A stretch of 62,959 nucleotides of DNA, counting the filler, from Dugesia japonica (lineage: Eukaryota), in assembly GCA_001938525.1 (NCBI GenBank). It is 6 parts of 6 records of this genome, joined end to end, with 100 filler letters (N's around TTAATTAATTAA, not from the genome) between each part and the next. Parts side by side here need not be neighbours in the genome. Positions count along the whole stretch, not along the records: positions 31,885 to 43,007 come from MQRL01609095.1; positions 43,108 to 54,205 come from MQRL01646055.1; 4 more parts are not named here. One strand, given 5' to 3'. Positions 36,661 to 50,499 of the stretch are shown here, piece after piece; positions within the stretch are counted from its first letter, which is position 1, and the number at the start of each line of letters is the position of its first letter. The position numbers were made by a program, and so were the translations under genes. The notes under the pieces are model-generated. The model was not told the DNA's origin. It did no database searches and worked only from the letters and a program-made list of their open reading frames with translations.

Positions 36661-38799
36661 GATATGGATAATATTCTTTAACCATTTTATTTTTGCCATG
36701 TAGGAATCACTGGGTAGTTCATCAAAATTTGATCTACAAAACAATCCACACGTACGGCTCTGACGTCATAATTTCAGGTGGATTGATGAAGATTGTAAAT
36801 TTGATCCAATTTGAATTCTCAATGCGCTACAAGCAATTCTTAATGATAAATTTTTTCATGAATCGAAAGAAAACCAATACTCTCAAACAGTTTTCCCAAG
36901 TCTTTGAATTGTCAATTATAACTCAAATGATCATCTACAATTATGTTTACAGGATAATATTTTCTGTCCATATTATAATCAAAAAAATATTATTATATAC
37001 ATATTATATTATATGTATATTATATACATATTATATACAAAAAAATGTATAAAACTCTTGTATGTACACTATTTATCATGATTTAAAAAAACTTTATTGC
37101 ATGTTGCCTATTATTATTATTAGTAGCAATAATAATTAAAATAATAACAATTGAAAATTAATGTATGAAAATCACAAAAGTTTTCAATTTCTCACGGTCT
37201 TCTTTATAAATTGAACATTTTACTTTAACGTGTGAAAGTTAACACCTCAGGTGTGAACAAAATCTACGTATATGAAAAAACAATTTTGTATAATAATTGT
37301 TAGATGTTTTGAAAAGTAAGTTGAAATTTTTGTCTGATTGATGATCTTATTTTTAAAATCTTTTGTTTAAAAGAGAGATTTAAATTATTGATGAAAAATT
37401 TAAATAAACAAATATNNNNNNNNNNGATAAATTAAAATTATTGAATAATAAAGTTTAACTTTTTAATAAATAAAATTTTAAAAGTAGTTAAAATTTTGTC
37501 GTAAATTTTTCAATGAAAATAAATGAAATATTCAAATTAATTTTAATAAAAAGTTTCAATTTTTAAATTTTAGAAAAAAGATCACTAATGAAAACACAGG
37601 ATTTTAATTTGTTTTATTAACAAATAATGTTGGTTAGAGTTTTGATTTCAATAGTGTTCTAATGAATTCGAATTTTACTATTGATGATACCACAAGTTTT
37701 CCAAACTCAAGTAACAATAATAATGTGTGAAAAAACACATGTCAATAAAAGAATCATTGTTTTAATTAAAGTGTGAAATTGGCATCAAATTTCTGAAATT
37801 CACACATATATATACGTTTTAATAATAATATTAATTATAATAATAATACTTATTATAATAATTATTTCTTATATTAATGCTCAATGCGTAACGCTTTAAA
37901 CAAAAAATAATTAAAATCAACTGTTTACATTAAACTACAAAAATTAAGCAATAAAAAATTAACAAATATTTTTTAAGATTAAATAAAGTATGAAAATTCA
38001 CACTTCGTTTGTCAATATCCATTGTTTACATTAAGTTTGGAAAGTTAACCCTTAATGATTACGTCACTTCCTGATATATTCTACTCCTAAAGTAATAGTA
38101 ATTCCCCGTGAGTCCCACGCAATGACTTGTCATGAGAAATGATATTGTACTACACGAAAAAAAAATTTATTTTTTAATAGTTGATGACGTGTGCGTGTAT
38201 CGAGGGGAATAACATGAAAACCTGTGAAACATTACTGCGACAATGAATTCTTAGTTAACTGATTAATCAACTCTTATCAGTGCCTATACACACAACATGC
38301 AACCTTACTATGAGAAATCGTGTATTGGTGTGTGCGGTTAGAAATAGTTAGACATATTTTGCTCGACGTCATTGTAACCCTGGCTTAATAAATGATTGCT
38401 AGTTGTATCATTGCTGCTATATTCTAACCAAAATGAAAATGTAGCGACTGATGTTCATGTATTTACCTAGATTTAGAAATTAATTCGAAATCATTGCTAA
38501 CACGAATTAATTCGTTGTCGGTGCCTGTCAAACATAACGGGTATAATACTAATCAGTTATGATTTTCACATTTCGTGCAATGTGATACGAAATTGGTTTC
38601 GTCTGTAGTGTGGAGAAATGAAAAACATGCAGATCGTGAATGGAAACACCATACCTAATTATGGAGACATTGATTTTTAGATTTATGGCAATAACTATGT
38701 TGTTATAACTAAAGATAAAATCAAAATCAATTATAACTGAAATTTATTCAATAATATTTAAATTTTTTTACTTTAACATATTGCATCCATATTCATAAA

Positions 38800-41700
38800 G
38801 TAATCAAAATACAACACATGCTTACTTAATATTAATTTCCTCTTGGCTGCAACTGGAGTAATAAAGACACGAATGTTGATTAAGTAGAGTACTCAGAGGA
38901 TCTTGAATTAACAACGGTGCTGGGTGTCTTGGTGGCCTTGGGATGACTGTAAGTATTGGTATCATAGTTATCCCTTGTAGCTTTAATCGACTATACTTAT
39001 TCCTATCATGTTCATTCTTACCTACATTCAAGTATAGTGTATAGTCCTAAATTTTAGTAGTCGACAGTATTTCCTCGGCATATTTCTGTCTAATCCTACA
39101 CCATTGGTTTTCAATTTCTTCTGGTATTTCTATCCCATCGTATATATCGTAAATCCTATTCATTATCATCCAATATATTTCTCGGGATAACTTTTCTTTC
39201 CCTGATTGCACTTTGTTAACCATTTCTTCCACTTTACGCATTGCTACTACTTCTTTCGATGGCATCTGGTGCACACTGATCATGTTGCATCGTCCCTCTC
39301 TTCTCTCCAATCGTTATTTGAGGAAATCATTACGCGTCATTAGTATCTGCTTACTTTCCTCCTTCGTCAGTTTGTCTTTCTTTCCCAATACTGTGAACAG
39401 TATCTTTATTTTAATAGGTTCTACCTATTGTTTATATAAATATTTCATTTCTCACATGATTTCTAAATCGGATCTTCCGGTTTTCGTTACCCACACATCA
39501 TAATCAATGCCAGGGTGCTTATCCAATATTAAAATTTCAATTTCCTCTCACTCCGTAATCATATAAATAACTTTTTCTGGAATTAAAGTCCACTAGAGCA
39601 CTCGGGGTGCATACAAGCTTATCTGTTAAGCGTGGATAACCTGCTTGATTGAGTGCCGTTTCCAAGTCTTCTACCATTAATCCTTCGAGTGTTAGTTTCA
39701 TATTTCCTTCAGGGTTATACAACCATACTTGAAAATCCGATAGTCCCATGCTTGATATTATTCACTCATAGTGCACTGGCAACCATTCTGTCCATTTGCT
39801 TTCGAAATCGGTAACCAGCTTTATTACTTACAATAAATCTACCAATCGATTAGTTAACTTTAGATATACTTACCTCTTGATTGTATAGTGGAGTTTCTGA
39901 GCGGCTAAGTATTTCATTGATTCGAGCTAATGATAATCGTGATGCTTCTTTTTGTTCTATATCTGGGAAGTCCATCAATCCTACTTCCCTGAGTCGTTTT
40001 CTCTGGTATTCTTGAGATTTTGCGGGAATTATTTCCTTTAGGAATGGTTCTTCCAAGTTATGATATAACTCATCAATGTCTATTTATTGGATTACAATTT
40101 GTGGTCTGAATACTAAACCCCAACTGATTATTTTAATTAATGTTGTTTCATGAGGACGTGCCCCATAATAAATTAGGTTTTTATCATATGGAAGGATGTT
40201 GACTCCTATATTACCTATTTGCAGTATATGCCGATTCCAGTTTCCGTTCCACTGCGGTTAATCATTAAATGGTGGTAAATCTAGAAATCGGTTTAGCGTT
40301 TTACCTTTAATACCATCTACTTCTCCCATTTTATTTCGTTAATGACTTCTTTAAAGTACCGTACTGTTAATCCTTTTGGGGATAACTTTAATCGCTTTGG
40401 GATGACTTCAGGATTGTTTTGCTAAACGTATTCAATTTTGAATTCATAATTTTCTAATTTAGTTTCTTTATATAGTTCCGCTTTATAATATGATAGTGTC
40501 TTCTGCCAGTTTGCTTTTACCTTTGCATGAACTTGTGGGTGTTGATACAACCTCAGCAACTTATTCATCACTCGTCTTCTTCCGGTAGTAGTTGTTGACG
40601 CTTTTATAGTTTTATAGATAATTTCATTAGTCCATTTGAATTCCGGTGACGTAATTAATATTCGTTTCCTGGTGTCTTCCATTTCAGTGACCTTCGTAGT
40701 TTCATCGCGTTGGTTATAAATTTGCCTATGGATTCTGATCATATTGCACTGATTCTTATGGAGTTCATTGAGCAGGTTCCTTTTCGCTAGCCTCTCCTGC
40801 TGTACTTCCAAATCCTGATTTTGCCATTTAAGTCAGTCGTTTTCTTGTTGAACTTTATGGTAAACGTTGTCAAAAGTACTCTGCTGTACAAGATTGACTT
40901 GTACTTTGTTTCGGGTTACCCGTTGTCGTGATCTCTCATTTTCTTGCATCAAATTATCCAGATTGGTGTTCGGATTACGATTATAATTTGTTTGGTTACC
41001 GTTTGGGCATTCCTTTGCCATGTGACCTCTTCTATTACATTTATAACAGACAGATGGGTTTTTTAGAAAGCAAGTTTCTACATTGTGGTTGGTTTTCTTG
41101 CAGTAAGAACAAAATCGGCTGTTGTTATTGTTATTGCCTCTACTCCTACAATCTTTGGTTATATATCCTCTTCTTACACAGGAATTACATTGTATATCCC
41201 GGTTATTTTGCCAATTATTTCGAGGTGCATTAAATACCCCTCCATTACCTCTAGGGTAGTTAGGTCTATCATTCCTACTGTTCCGCTCCTGTCATGGAGT
41301 AAGGGTTTTCTTCAGTGATTGTGTATTGAGTATAAAATCTGAGATCCGTGATGTAGCTTCGTCTGTTTGTCCTTCCACCTTGAATAATCGTTAGGATGAT
41401 CTATCCGACACAATTAGCTATGTACCCAATGCGTCCTGCAAAGTCACTGGCTTACTCAAGTTTACCATTAGTTTGACGCTTTCGTAACGTAATCCATTTA
41501 AACATATACCCAACACTTGACTTTCCTCTAGCTTGCCTCCTAACGCAAATTTGCCCCGTCTCTTCAGTTCCATCATATAAGCTTGTGGTTTTTCTTCTCG
41601 TTGTTCTTTTCGGTTGGTGAATTGTTCGAAATCCTGACCCGTCAGTTTTAAGTTATGGAAATTTTCGGTCAATATTTTCACTACTGCTTCCAATTTTCGG

Positions 41701-42950
41701 GAATGGCTTCATGGCCTTAGTGTGATCCCAAAACATAGTTTTGGCTACTACTGTAAAATATGCCGGTAACCGTTTTATCTTATCCTCGTCATCCCATCCA
41801 CAAGTTTTGGCATACATTTCATAATTTTGGATAAATTCGTCTAATTTTTCTGGTATTCCGCTAAAATATTCGCCATCGAATTTTATTTTCCATTTCGGCC
41901 GCTGGTTTTCCGTTTTTGTCGTCATGGTTTTCCCTTTGTCGGGGTTGGATTTTATTTGGAAAATTTCGTTGACCGATGGGTTTGTTTCGTTTCCCTGATT
42001 ATCTTTACTTAGTACTAATACTTCTGTGCTTTCTTGGTTACTACCTACTACCTCTATTATTTTTATTTCTTCTGAAGTATAACTGAGTTCACTTAATCGA
42101 TTTCTATCTGTTGGTGGATTACTGAGTGTTCGTCTCTGGATTATTTGATTTTCTTTGTCACTCGGGCTACTCCTTGAGCTGATTGACTCTAGAGGTTGTG
42201 GTTCAAGTTGACATGTTGTTTTGTTGAGATTTGTCTTTCTGATCGAATAGATGTATTCTTCATGTTCAAGATATAGTGATGATCTGAATTTATTTCTAGA
42301 AGATTTGGCTCGTTTAACCTGTGTTACTCTTAGAACTGAATTTAGGGTAGATAATCCGGATGAGTTAGATCGTGTAACTGGTTTTCTATTTTCTGAGTCG
42401 GAATCTATTTTTTCAGAGTCCGGCTTGTTGACTGCCTATTGTATTTCTGTTTTCGTTTTGTGATTCTTGTAATTTTATCTTCTCTAGAATAAAAATTTAC
42501 TTCTAATTGTCTTTACTTAAGAGACAATCACTCCTTCCTGATTGTAAATTTACTGTATTATCGTGCTGCTTTACATTTGCCATCACAATTCCACAATCTG
42601 CTTCCTTTTTATCCGTTAATTAAGTCTTCCTATAATCTTCCTTTCAATTTTCCTTAATTAAGTCTTCCTAAAACTGCTAGATTATTTCTTTCTAAAAGAG
42701 GAAGTACACATTTTGCTGTAGTATAGGCGAACTCTTCTGGCTTTCTTCCTTTTAAGGGCGGTGTAACAGTGCACACTTTTTCTAAATTTATGGGGGAGTA
42801 CTGAGAGTTTTCTGAAGGATCGACGACCCGGTTTGGAGTACTCTTTCGTGCAGGCGAACGCTTCCGGCTTCTTTTCCTTTAATGCTTTTTCTAATCAGGC
42901 TTCCTTTAGTGTGCTTAATTACGTACCTTTAACATACTGGTTAATGTACT
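38800..42950 (-). mobile_element. Degenerate LTR-retrotransposon gag with long downstream non-pol coding remnant
   Basis: FSG..LDEFIQNYEMYAKTCGWDDEDK and RKEQREEKPQAYMMELKR gag motifs; CYKCNREGHMAKEC knuckle at ~41005-41050. Confidence 0.75.
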
Positions 42951-42952
42951 TA

Positions 42953-43007
42953 AGTAGATAGATAGTAGCAGTCAACCTCAGGCACACATTCAGTAACCCC
43001 CCCCCCC
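42953..43007 (+). repeat. Polinton-like left terminus, truncated by the contig end
   Basis: AGTAGATAGATAGTAG...C-run, mirroring the termini at 55267 and 55480. Confidence 0.4.
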
Positions 43008-43172
43008 NNNNNNNNNNNNNNNNNNNNNNNNNNNNNNNNNNNNNNNNNNNNTTAATTAATTAANNNNNNNNNNNNNNNNNNNNNNNNNNNNNNNNNNNNN
43101 NNNNNNNATTAATTTTATTAATATTATTATTATTAATAAAAAATAAGCAACGCCATTTAAAATAAAATTTTA

Positions 43173-43211
43173 TTGTCACATTTCGACGGATCAACCGTCA
43201 TCATCAGACAA
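43173..43211 (-). ncRNA. Degenerate minimal hammerhead (Penelope-like pseudo-LTR)
   Basis: Minus strand: TTGT-CTGATGA-T-GACGG TTGAT CCGTC-GAAA-TGTG-ACAA; cleavage triplet altered. Confidence 0.55.
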
Positions 43212-43619
43212 AAATGAAATACATGAGTTTATTCAGTCTATTATTTTAACAAAGATTCAAGAAATTATACTGAATATAAGATGCCTATAATTCCTAATTT
43301 TATAAATTTTAACAATTTTTCAATAAAAAATTAATTTATATTCTAATAAATTTTTTCCTATAATAATATTTTATCAAAATTAGTATTTTAAACCTATAAA
43401 ATCAAAGACGCTTTTCAAAAATATTTAAAATTTTTATTTTAAATTATATTTTAAAATTTTTCAAAATATAATAATAATTAAATTGAAAACTACTTTAAAA
43501 AACGAAAATACAAAACTTATACAAACCTATAAAAACATGAAAATATATTAAAATTCCAAAAATTGTAAAATATTTTTTGATAACTAAAAAATTCTAATCA
43601 ATTTAGTCGATACATGTCA

Positions 43620-44375
43620 ATTGTTAGTGTGGAATACTGCATCACATAAGCTAAACACCATATAAGCCTATTAGGTAAGTATTTATCAAAAATAATCTAA
43701 GTGACACGGGACCTATTATATTACAAATACACACGTGGTCCATTATGTAATCAGTTACATTATATCTTACCTATTGCATAATGATTAATCTTTAGTTGCT
43801 GTTACGTAATAAATTCTTCCCGGGCAATATTAACATCGCTATTCTATTTGTATATTATAGTCGTTGAATGAAAGAGGAAAAATCATGAAAGAAAGAAACA
43901 AAGAATTAAAGACTAGTGAAGAGTGAGAAAAAACCAGCAAAAAAGAAGGTTAGTCAGTAAATAGTAAGAGAAAACCAGTAGAGAGAGAAAAGATTATTGA
44001 AGAGTAGAAAAAAACTAATCAATGAGAGAGAAGATCACAGAAGAGTGGGAGAAAATCAATGAATGAGAGAGAAGACCAGTGAATAATAAAGAGAAAACCA
44101 CTAAGTGAGAGACAACAATAAAGCTAATGGGTATAGAAATCAAAAAGTAATGTTAATATTCCCCGAGAATAATTTATTACGTAACGTAGCAACTGAAGAT
44201 TAATAATTTCACAATAAGTCAAATACCACATAATTGATTACATAACAGACCACGTGTGTTTATTTGCTATTTAATAGATCACATGTCACTTAGATTATGT
44301 TTTGATAATAAATGATTACTTAATAGGTTTGTATGGTGTTTAGCTTATATGATGCATTATTATACATTAAGAGTT
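43620..44375. mobile_element. MITE with ~220-bp imperfect TIRs and internal ~30-bp purine-rich tandem repeats
   Basis: 43620-43842 is the reverse complement of 44146-44375; internal GAGAGAGAAGACCAGTGAA-like units. Confidence 0.8.
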
Positions 44376-44699
44376 GATCATTGATCCTTTCCAAAAAAGT
44401 ATATATCCTTCATCATCGCTATATGTAAGCATCTCTGCTAGCACCTCTGATTTTCTGTTTCTTTTCCTTCTAGATACCTAATTATCAGTTTCATTGTTAA
44501 TAGAAATCAAAATACAGTTGGATTAGCTTTATCATTGAAATAATGAAAATCTGAGTTTTACCGAGGGAAATTTGATCATAGAAAATACCTAATTCATTCA
44601 CTTTTTGTCCCCTTTGATATTTTAGGATATGTTTTCGTATATAATTATTTTAGTACGCTCAAACCTGTTTTTGTGCGATTGTTTTTGTGTGGTATATGA

Positions 44700-45763
44700 A
44701 TATATTAAATTTTCATATACCTCACAAAAACAGGATTGAGTGTATTTTATTGAAAAATATCGCAAAGGAAATGAATCAATAAATTTATTTTTCAACAAAA
44801 TTGATCGTTTAGTAGATAATATAATTAGAAATAACTTGACGAAAAAAATCTCTACACTTTTCTGTTACAAAATCCTGTCGAAGATATGGATGTTAAAAAA
44901 GAAACAAAAATGCAAGGGTAAAAAACTAATGAAGAAATGAAAGACATTATTATAAAAATGGACATTATCAAGAAGGAGCTTAATCTAAAACCCAATTTTG
45001 CAGCAGTTATAATCAAAAGGAAGAATTATGGAACAAATGCTAAATTTAATGGTTTTCAGACAAATCGTTCAGTCACATTTAAAAGGAATAATTTAGTAGA
45101 AATCAATAGAAATCGATATTCTAATTTCAGATGATATGTTAACCTAAATGCACTCATTAATCATTTTGATGTAGGATGATTTAAGAGAACGGAAAATAAT
45201 TTTCCACAAAAGATCTAAACGATGTTTGGCATGCAAAGAAAAAGGACATGTTAGAGCTAATTTTCCGAATGTAAAATGTTTCCAGTGTAACAGACCGAGA
45301 CATTCCAAACATCAATGCTATGATATTCGGGATATGAAAAGAGATTATCGTCAATTCAATGTTATTGTGTACGATGAACATTCAGATGATTTGATGACAG
45401 ATGATGACAGAACTATGTCAGATCAATTCTCAAAGGCCAAAGCCCTTCCAAGAGATTAAGTTGTTGGGGCGATTCATTAAAAAATGTAAGATTTGATTTG
45501 AGAATTGATGGCATGATCGATAATGCTTGTAAATTTATATATGATACTGAATAGCTTGAAAATAATTTTTATGATGATCTATTTTTGTGTGATGATGTTA
45601 TGCTTGATATAATTGCTGATAATAAAAGTAACTTTGTAAATACTTATAATTATAGTGATAATGATAGTGATGAAAATAATAATAATTTATTTATTATTGA
45701 TAATTTTGATAAAGAACTTTAACAAACTGTAATACTGTAGATAACTTTAAAAATTAATAATAT
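44700..45763 (+). mobile_element. Gypsy gag remnant with double zinc knuckle
   Basis: CLACKEKGH..CFQCNRPRHSKHQC; ends GAIH* like the other gags (GAFH*). Confidence 0.7.
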
Positions 45764-46840
45764 TGTTGGGGTGAAACACCTGGTATCAAAAGTAAAAATG
45801 GCAATAAGTATACTCTAAATTCAAAAAACCAAGATTGTTAGCTAAAACCAAAGAAACAACCAACAAAACCCAAAATTTACAACAAGAAACCACTCAGAAA
45901 TAAGCAAACCAAAGAAGAAAATAAGTNNNNNNNNNNNNNNNNNNNNNNNNNNNNNNNNNATGAATAACCATTATTGCATTAGTCAAAATCAAGAAAATCA
46001 CATGGAATTAATATATGAGGAAAGAAAAATTAAAATAAATTAATTAATAGAAGAAAACAGTGAAATTAAATTAAAAACAAATCAAGAAACAAAGAAACGA
46101 ACACTTNNNNNNNNNNNNNNNNNNNNNNNNNNNNNNNNNNNNNNNNNNNNNNNNNNNNNNNNNNNNNNNNNNNNNNNNNNNNNNNNNNNNNNNNNNNNNN
46201 NNNNNNNNNNNNNNNNNNNNNNNNNNNNNNNNNACGAAAAAATAGAAAAATAAGGACTTCTCGTTACGCTAAAATTATCAATTAAGAAAATTCTAGTCCA
46301 GAAAAAATTGGAAATTTCGAAAATCAAGGTTAGAAAATCGTGGCAGAACGGGAAAAGAAGATATAAGGGTTTAAAGATTGACCAATAATTTTGGAATCCC
46401 AAAATAGTAGCCAATCCGAAGAAATCATGTGATGAAATTAAAATAATCAACCAATAGAACAAGAAAGAATGAAAATTAGCCAATGAAAAGGATAAGGGTG
46501 TAGCATAAAGCGGTATAAATACCGATGCATTTTCAACAAAAAAAATATATAATTTACCAAGTGTAACAGATTTCACTAATTTATTGAAATTTGAAGCGAA
46601 GACTTCATTCAAAGGCGAAAACCACGATTTTCATTTTAATTCACGAATATTAAATATAATGTTTATATTACTTTATTAATTAAATATTGGAGTATTCCAT
46701 AAAAATGTGCAATTTCGCTATAATGACTTAAATTTAAGAAAACCGTATTTAGTTTGAATTAATAGAAATTATTGATTATTGTTTAACAACCGCAACAATT
46801 TTCTGAAAAAACAAGTATATTTTATTTTTATTTACATTTG
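45764..46840 (+). mobile_element. 5' end of a family A LTR-like element (promoter part)
   Basis: Starts TGTTGGGGTGAAACACC, identical to 5058. A-rich tract, three CCAAT boxes (46382, 46451, 46480) and TATAAATA at 46514. Confidence 0.65.
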
Positions 46841-46859
46841 CTTTAATTTGAAACTTTTA

Positions 46860-47790
46860 GCACCAAAGATGACCGTAAAATATAAAGTTTTGGTAGTTTT
46901 TTATTCGCAGAAGTTAAAGGTTCAGACGAGATTAAAGAAAACACAGTAATATGGTGTTTAATCAAGTTCAACAACAATAATGCAATCCTCGAACGCAAAC
47001 CAGACTCTGACAGACTCTCTCCATTAGTAAAAGGAAACATATGGAAGTATGTAGTATCCAAACGGTCTTTCTCTACACGTCAATTAATAGACTTGGTTCA
47101 TCAAAATCAGCTATCAATCACTATCTTTACACAATCAGTAAAAAATATAGAGCTCCTAAAATGGATTCTTATGAGCTGACAGAAGTTTAGGCGACCAAAA
47201 TACTTCAAAGTTGTAAAATTTGATTAAAAAATCCATTGGACGAAAGATTGTTCCTATGGACGAAAAGTAAATAATGTCAAACAATTCCGTCAAAAATTGC
47301 AATGACTATTCCCACATAAATCCCCAATTCCTTATCACATAGTCCATCTATTTGAAAGAAAGATCATGCTTTCCGTTTTGTGGAATTTTTATGGTATTTT
47401 GTTTTTCGAACTTCTGTTAAATGGTCAAACTATAAACTCCGATATGGAAAGACTTCACGAAGTTATGAAAGCAAAATATTTTCATTTAATGAATCGGAAG
47501 AAAGTTTTGTTACAAACGAACAATGCTAGACTACATGCCTCACGGAAATAAACGGAAACCATCAATAGTCTTGATGGAATTTTGGTACTTTCGTGTCTAC
47601 TATAGTCACCAGGCTTCTGGTTTTTATCTTTTTTGATGGATGACACATTTTTTCTGAAAAAGACGCTTTGAAAATAGAGAAGTGCTTACAATGCTCTTTG
47701 ACTTCAAACCCCCGAATTAGTACAAAATTGGAATCCAAAATATAATCCAACGTTGGATCCTTGCTGTCAAAATGATGAATATGTAGACGT
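46860..47790 (+). mobile_element. Degenerate mariner transposase
   Basis: WILxEL, DEK, KIMLSVLW, ELLLNGQTINS, NNARLH and YSP motifs. Confidence 0.8.
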
Positions 47791-49659
47791 TGAGAAAAGA
47801 AAAAAAATAAAAATATGAATATTAAAATTCCAAAAGCTCAAAATAAATTAAAACATCAAATTGTAAAACTTGAATGTATATAATACTGTAAATAAAATTG
47901 TAAAAATAAAAATCAATATGAATAACAAAATAAACAGTTAAAAATTGATTCATTATAATAAGAGTGTATTGATAATAGGTGTGTATCTAAAAGAGAAAGA
48001 TAGTTTGATAATAAATATAAAACTTTAAAATGAAGACTAAATACCAGAAATCATAGTAATTAATGTGAAATTAATTTTGTAGATGAGAAGGTGGTTAAAA
48101 ACACATTATGAAAACTTTGAATAATTAAATTTAGATGAAATAATTTATTTGAACATTATATATCTTATGTGTAAAATATTTTGAGGTTGCTAACAATTTT
48201 GAGAGAAAATTGAGTTATTTTAAAATTTAAAGGGGCTCGATCCCAAACCCTCTGTTGACAGCGAAAATTAAAAGTTGATATGCGACGAATGGAATTTCGG
48301 TGTGGCCGAAACATTTGATTGAAAAATCATTCTTGAATTTTATTTGATGAGTTATTTTATTGGTAAAGTCAAATCAAGGGTGTGCTTGAAGCACCATTCG
48401 TTGTTGTAACATTTATTGGAAAATTTTGTAAAACTCAAATTGCATATGTGTGTTTGGAGCAATATATAAACGAGCTCAGTTTTATGTCATTTTACAGATT
48501 TTCCGAAAAATTAAAATATCTGATTTTGTGAAAATTGTGAAATCTTTGAAGAAAATATTTTATGATTGAAGTTTAAATATATTTTGATTATTGAGAAGAG
48601 TTTTGATAAATTTCAAATAACAGTAATATTATTTAACTTAAAATTAATTCACAGAGACACACTTTTTCTGAACTCAGTCCAGGAACACCCTAACCACAGG
48701 ACTAAATGGGCTATAGCCCCAGAACGCAAGCCTTTTGGGCGGCAATTTTTATTAGTTATTAGTCATTTAGTTATTAGTTTTATAAAAATTCATTTATCCT
48801 TTTATTAGTTTTCACATATTTTTAAATTTAAACCATTTCTTAAAATATTTAACTGATTTTTATATTCAAATGTGCTGGAATGAAAAACGATATTACAATA
48901 AATTATGATGCCATAAACGTCGATAGACGACACGTTTGTATAACTTTGCAGGACACCCCACTCCCGTTTGCTATTCTGTGAATTTTCTTACGAAGAGGGG
49001 CGCATTATTTTTAGTAGCACATGGGCGTCAAATTTATTAAAAACTGCCCTGACTCAGTCAGATATTAAATTGCATCAAATCGGGATTACAGCTCAAGTGC
49101 CATGTATACCTCGACACATATTATTTTACTTATTAAATTAGGCTTTGAGAAAAAAATTTTTGATGAAATTTCTAATAGCAAAATCGCTTATGAGATATTC
49201 TAATAATATGCTATGCTTAAATATGATATTTTACAATAAAAATCAATATAATTTATCCAGTCTGCGGTCACTTAGTAATAAAATCAATAATAACTATTAA
49301 TATTTACCAAATAAATCTTTCTGAAAATAAATAAGCAATGTACTATTACTCTAAACCTTATATTTCAATCAATCACGACAGACCAAAATATCGAATTATT
49401 ATTGCAATGAATGACATATATAATGTTGTCTTTAATTAGATCAAAACGCATAAACTGATATTGGCTCAGTTTTTACCAAAATGTCAACTAACTATTATTT
49501 ACTTCAAAATCAGAAAATTAATGAATTCAAGATGAATTCATTTATCTTTGTAAAACGATTAATATTCACAGCATTCATTTTTTCATTCATAATGATGATA
49601 ATAATAATAATTTTTTAAAAGTCTTTATTAAATATAAAATTTTTAATAATTATTTTACT

Positions 49660-49948
49660 ATGGTATGTGACAAATGTCAAGGTAAATTAAAAAAAGTTGT
49701 TAGTCCAAATGTGAAAAGAACAGAAGAAGACAAGAAAAATGCTACTTTTAAATTAAATGAAAATAAGTTATTGACTGCAAAATCACGAGCAAGNCATACT
49801 CCATATGGAAGAACATGTAAAATTTGCAAATGTAATGTACATCTGGAGGGTGCTTATTACTGTAATGGGTGTGCTTTCAAAAAAGGAATTTTTTCTGTGT
49901 GGTAAAAAAGTGGTTGAAACAAAATTTTTGAATATGAGTACAACATAA
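49660..49948 (+). pseudogene. CRIPT: CRIPT (cysteine-rich PDZ-binding protein) homolog, intronless, 2-nt frameshift near 49897
   Basis: MVCDKCQGKL..KLNENKLLT..PYG..CKICK..YCNGCAFKKGI; the shifted frame continues CGKKVVETKFLNMSTT*. Confidence 0.88.
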
Positions 49949-50056
49949 ATTATCAAGATATCAAAAAATCAGAAAATTAATGAATTCGTTTATCTTTGTT
50001 AAACGATTAATATTCACAGCATTCATTTTTTCATTCATAATGATGATAATAACGTC

Positions 50057-50057
<1 letters not shown>

Positions 50058-50124
<67 letters not shown>

Positions 50125-50299
50125 NNNNNNNNNNNNNNNNNNNNNNNNNNNNNNNNNNNNNNNNNNNNNNNNNNNNNNNNNNNNNNNNNNNNNNNNNNNN
50201 NNNNNNNNNNNNNNNNNNNNNNNNNNNNNNNNNNNNNNNNNNNNNNNNNNNNNNNNNNNNNNNNNNNNNNNNNNNNNNNNNNNNNNNNNNNNNNNNNNN

Positions 50300-50356
<57 letters not shown>
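50058..50356. repeat. (AAT)n microsatellite spanning an N gap
   Basis: Direct observation. Confidence 0.95.
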
Positions 50357-50358
<2 letters not shown>

Positions 50359-50499
50359 GAAGAAGAAGAAGAATAAAAGGAAAGTGCATATTTTACAAAG
50401 AATACTCCAATCGAAAAAGCTTAAGTCGGAAAAAACTTACAAATGATAAACAAAGCAGAATTTCAATAAAACTAGGTTGAATTTAGAAAACGTTATCAG

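Noticed and set aside
43900-44110. Regularly spaced ~30-bp repeats resembling a CRISPR array
   Set aside because: Degenerate tandem units without unique spacers, inside a MITE, in a eukaryote with no cas genes.
49961-50389. Poly-Y/L/N ORFs
   Set aside because: Translations of the (AAT)n microsatellite and N gap.
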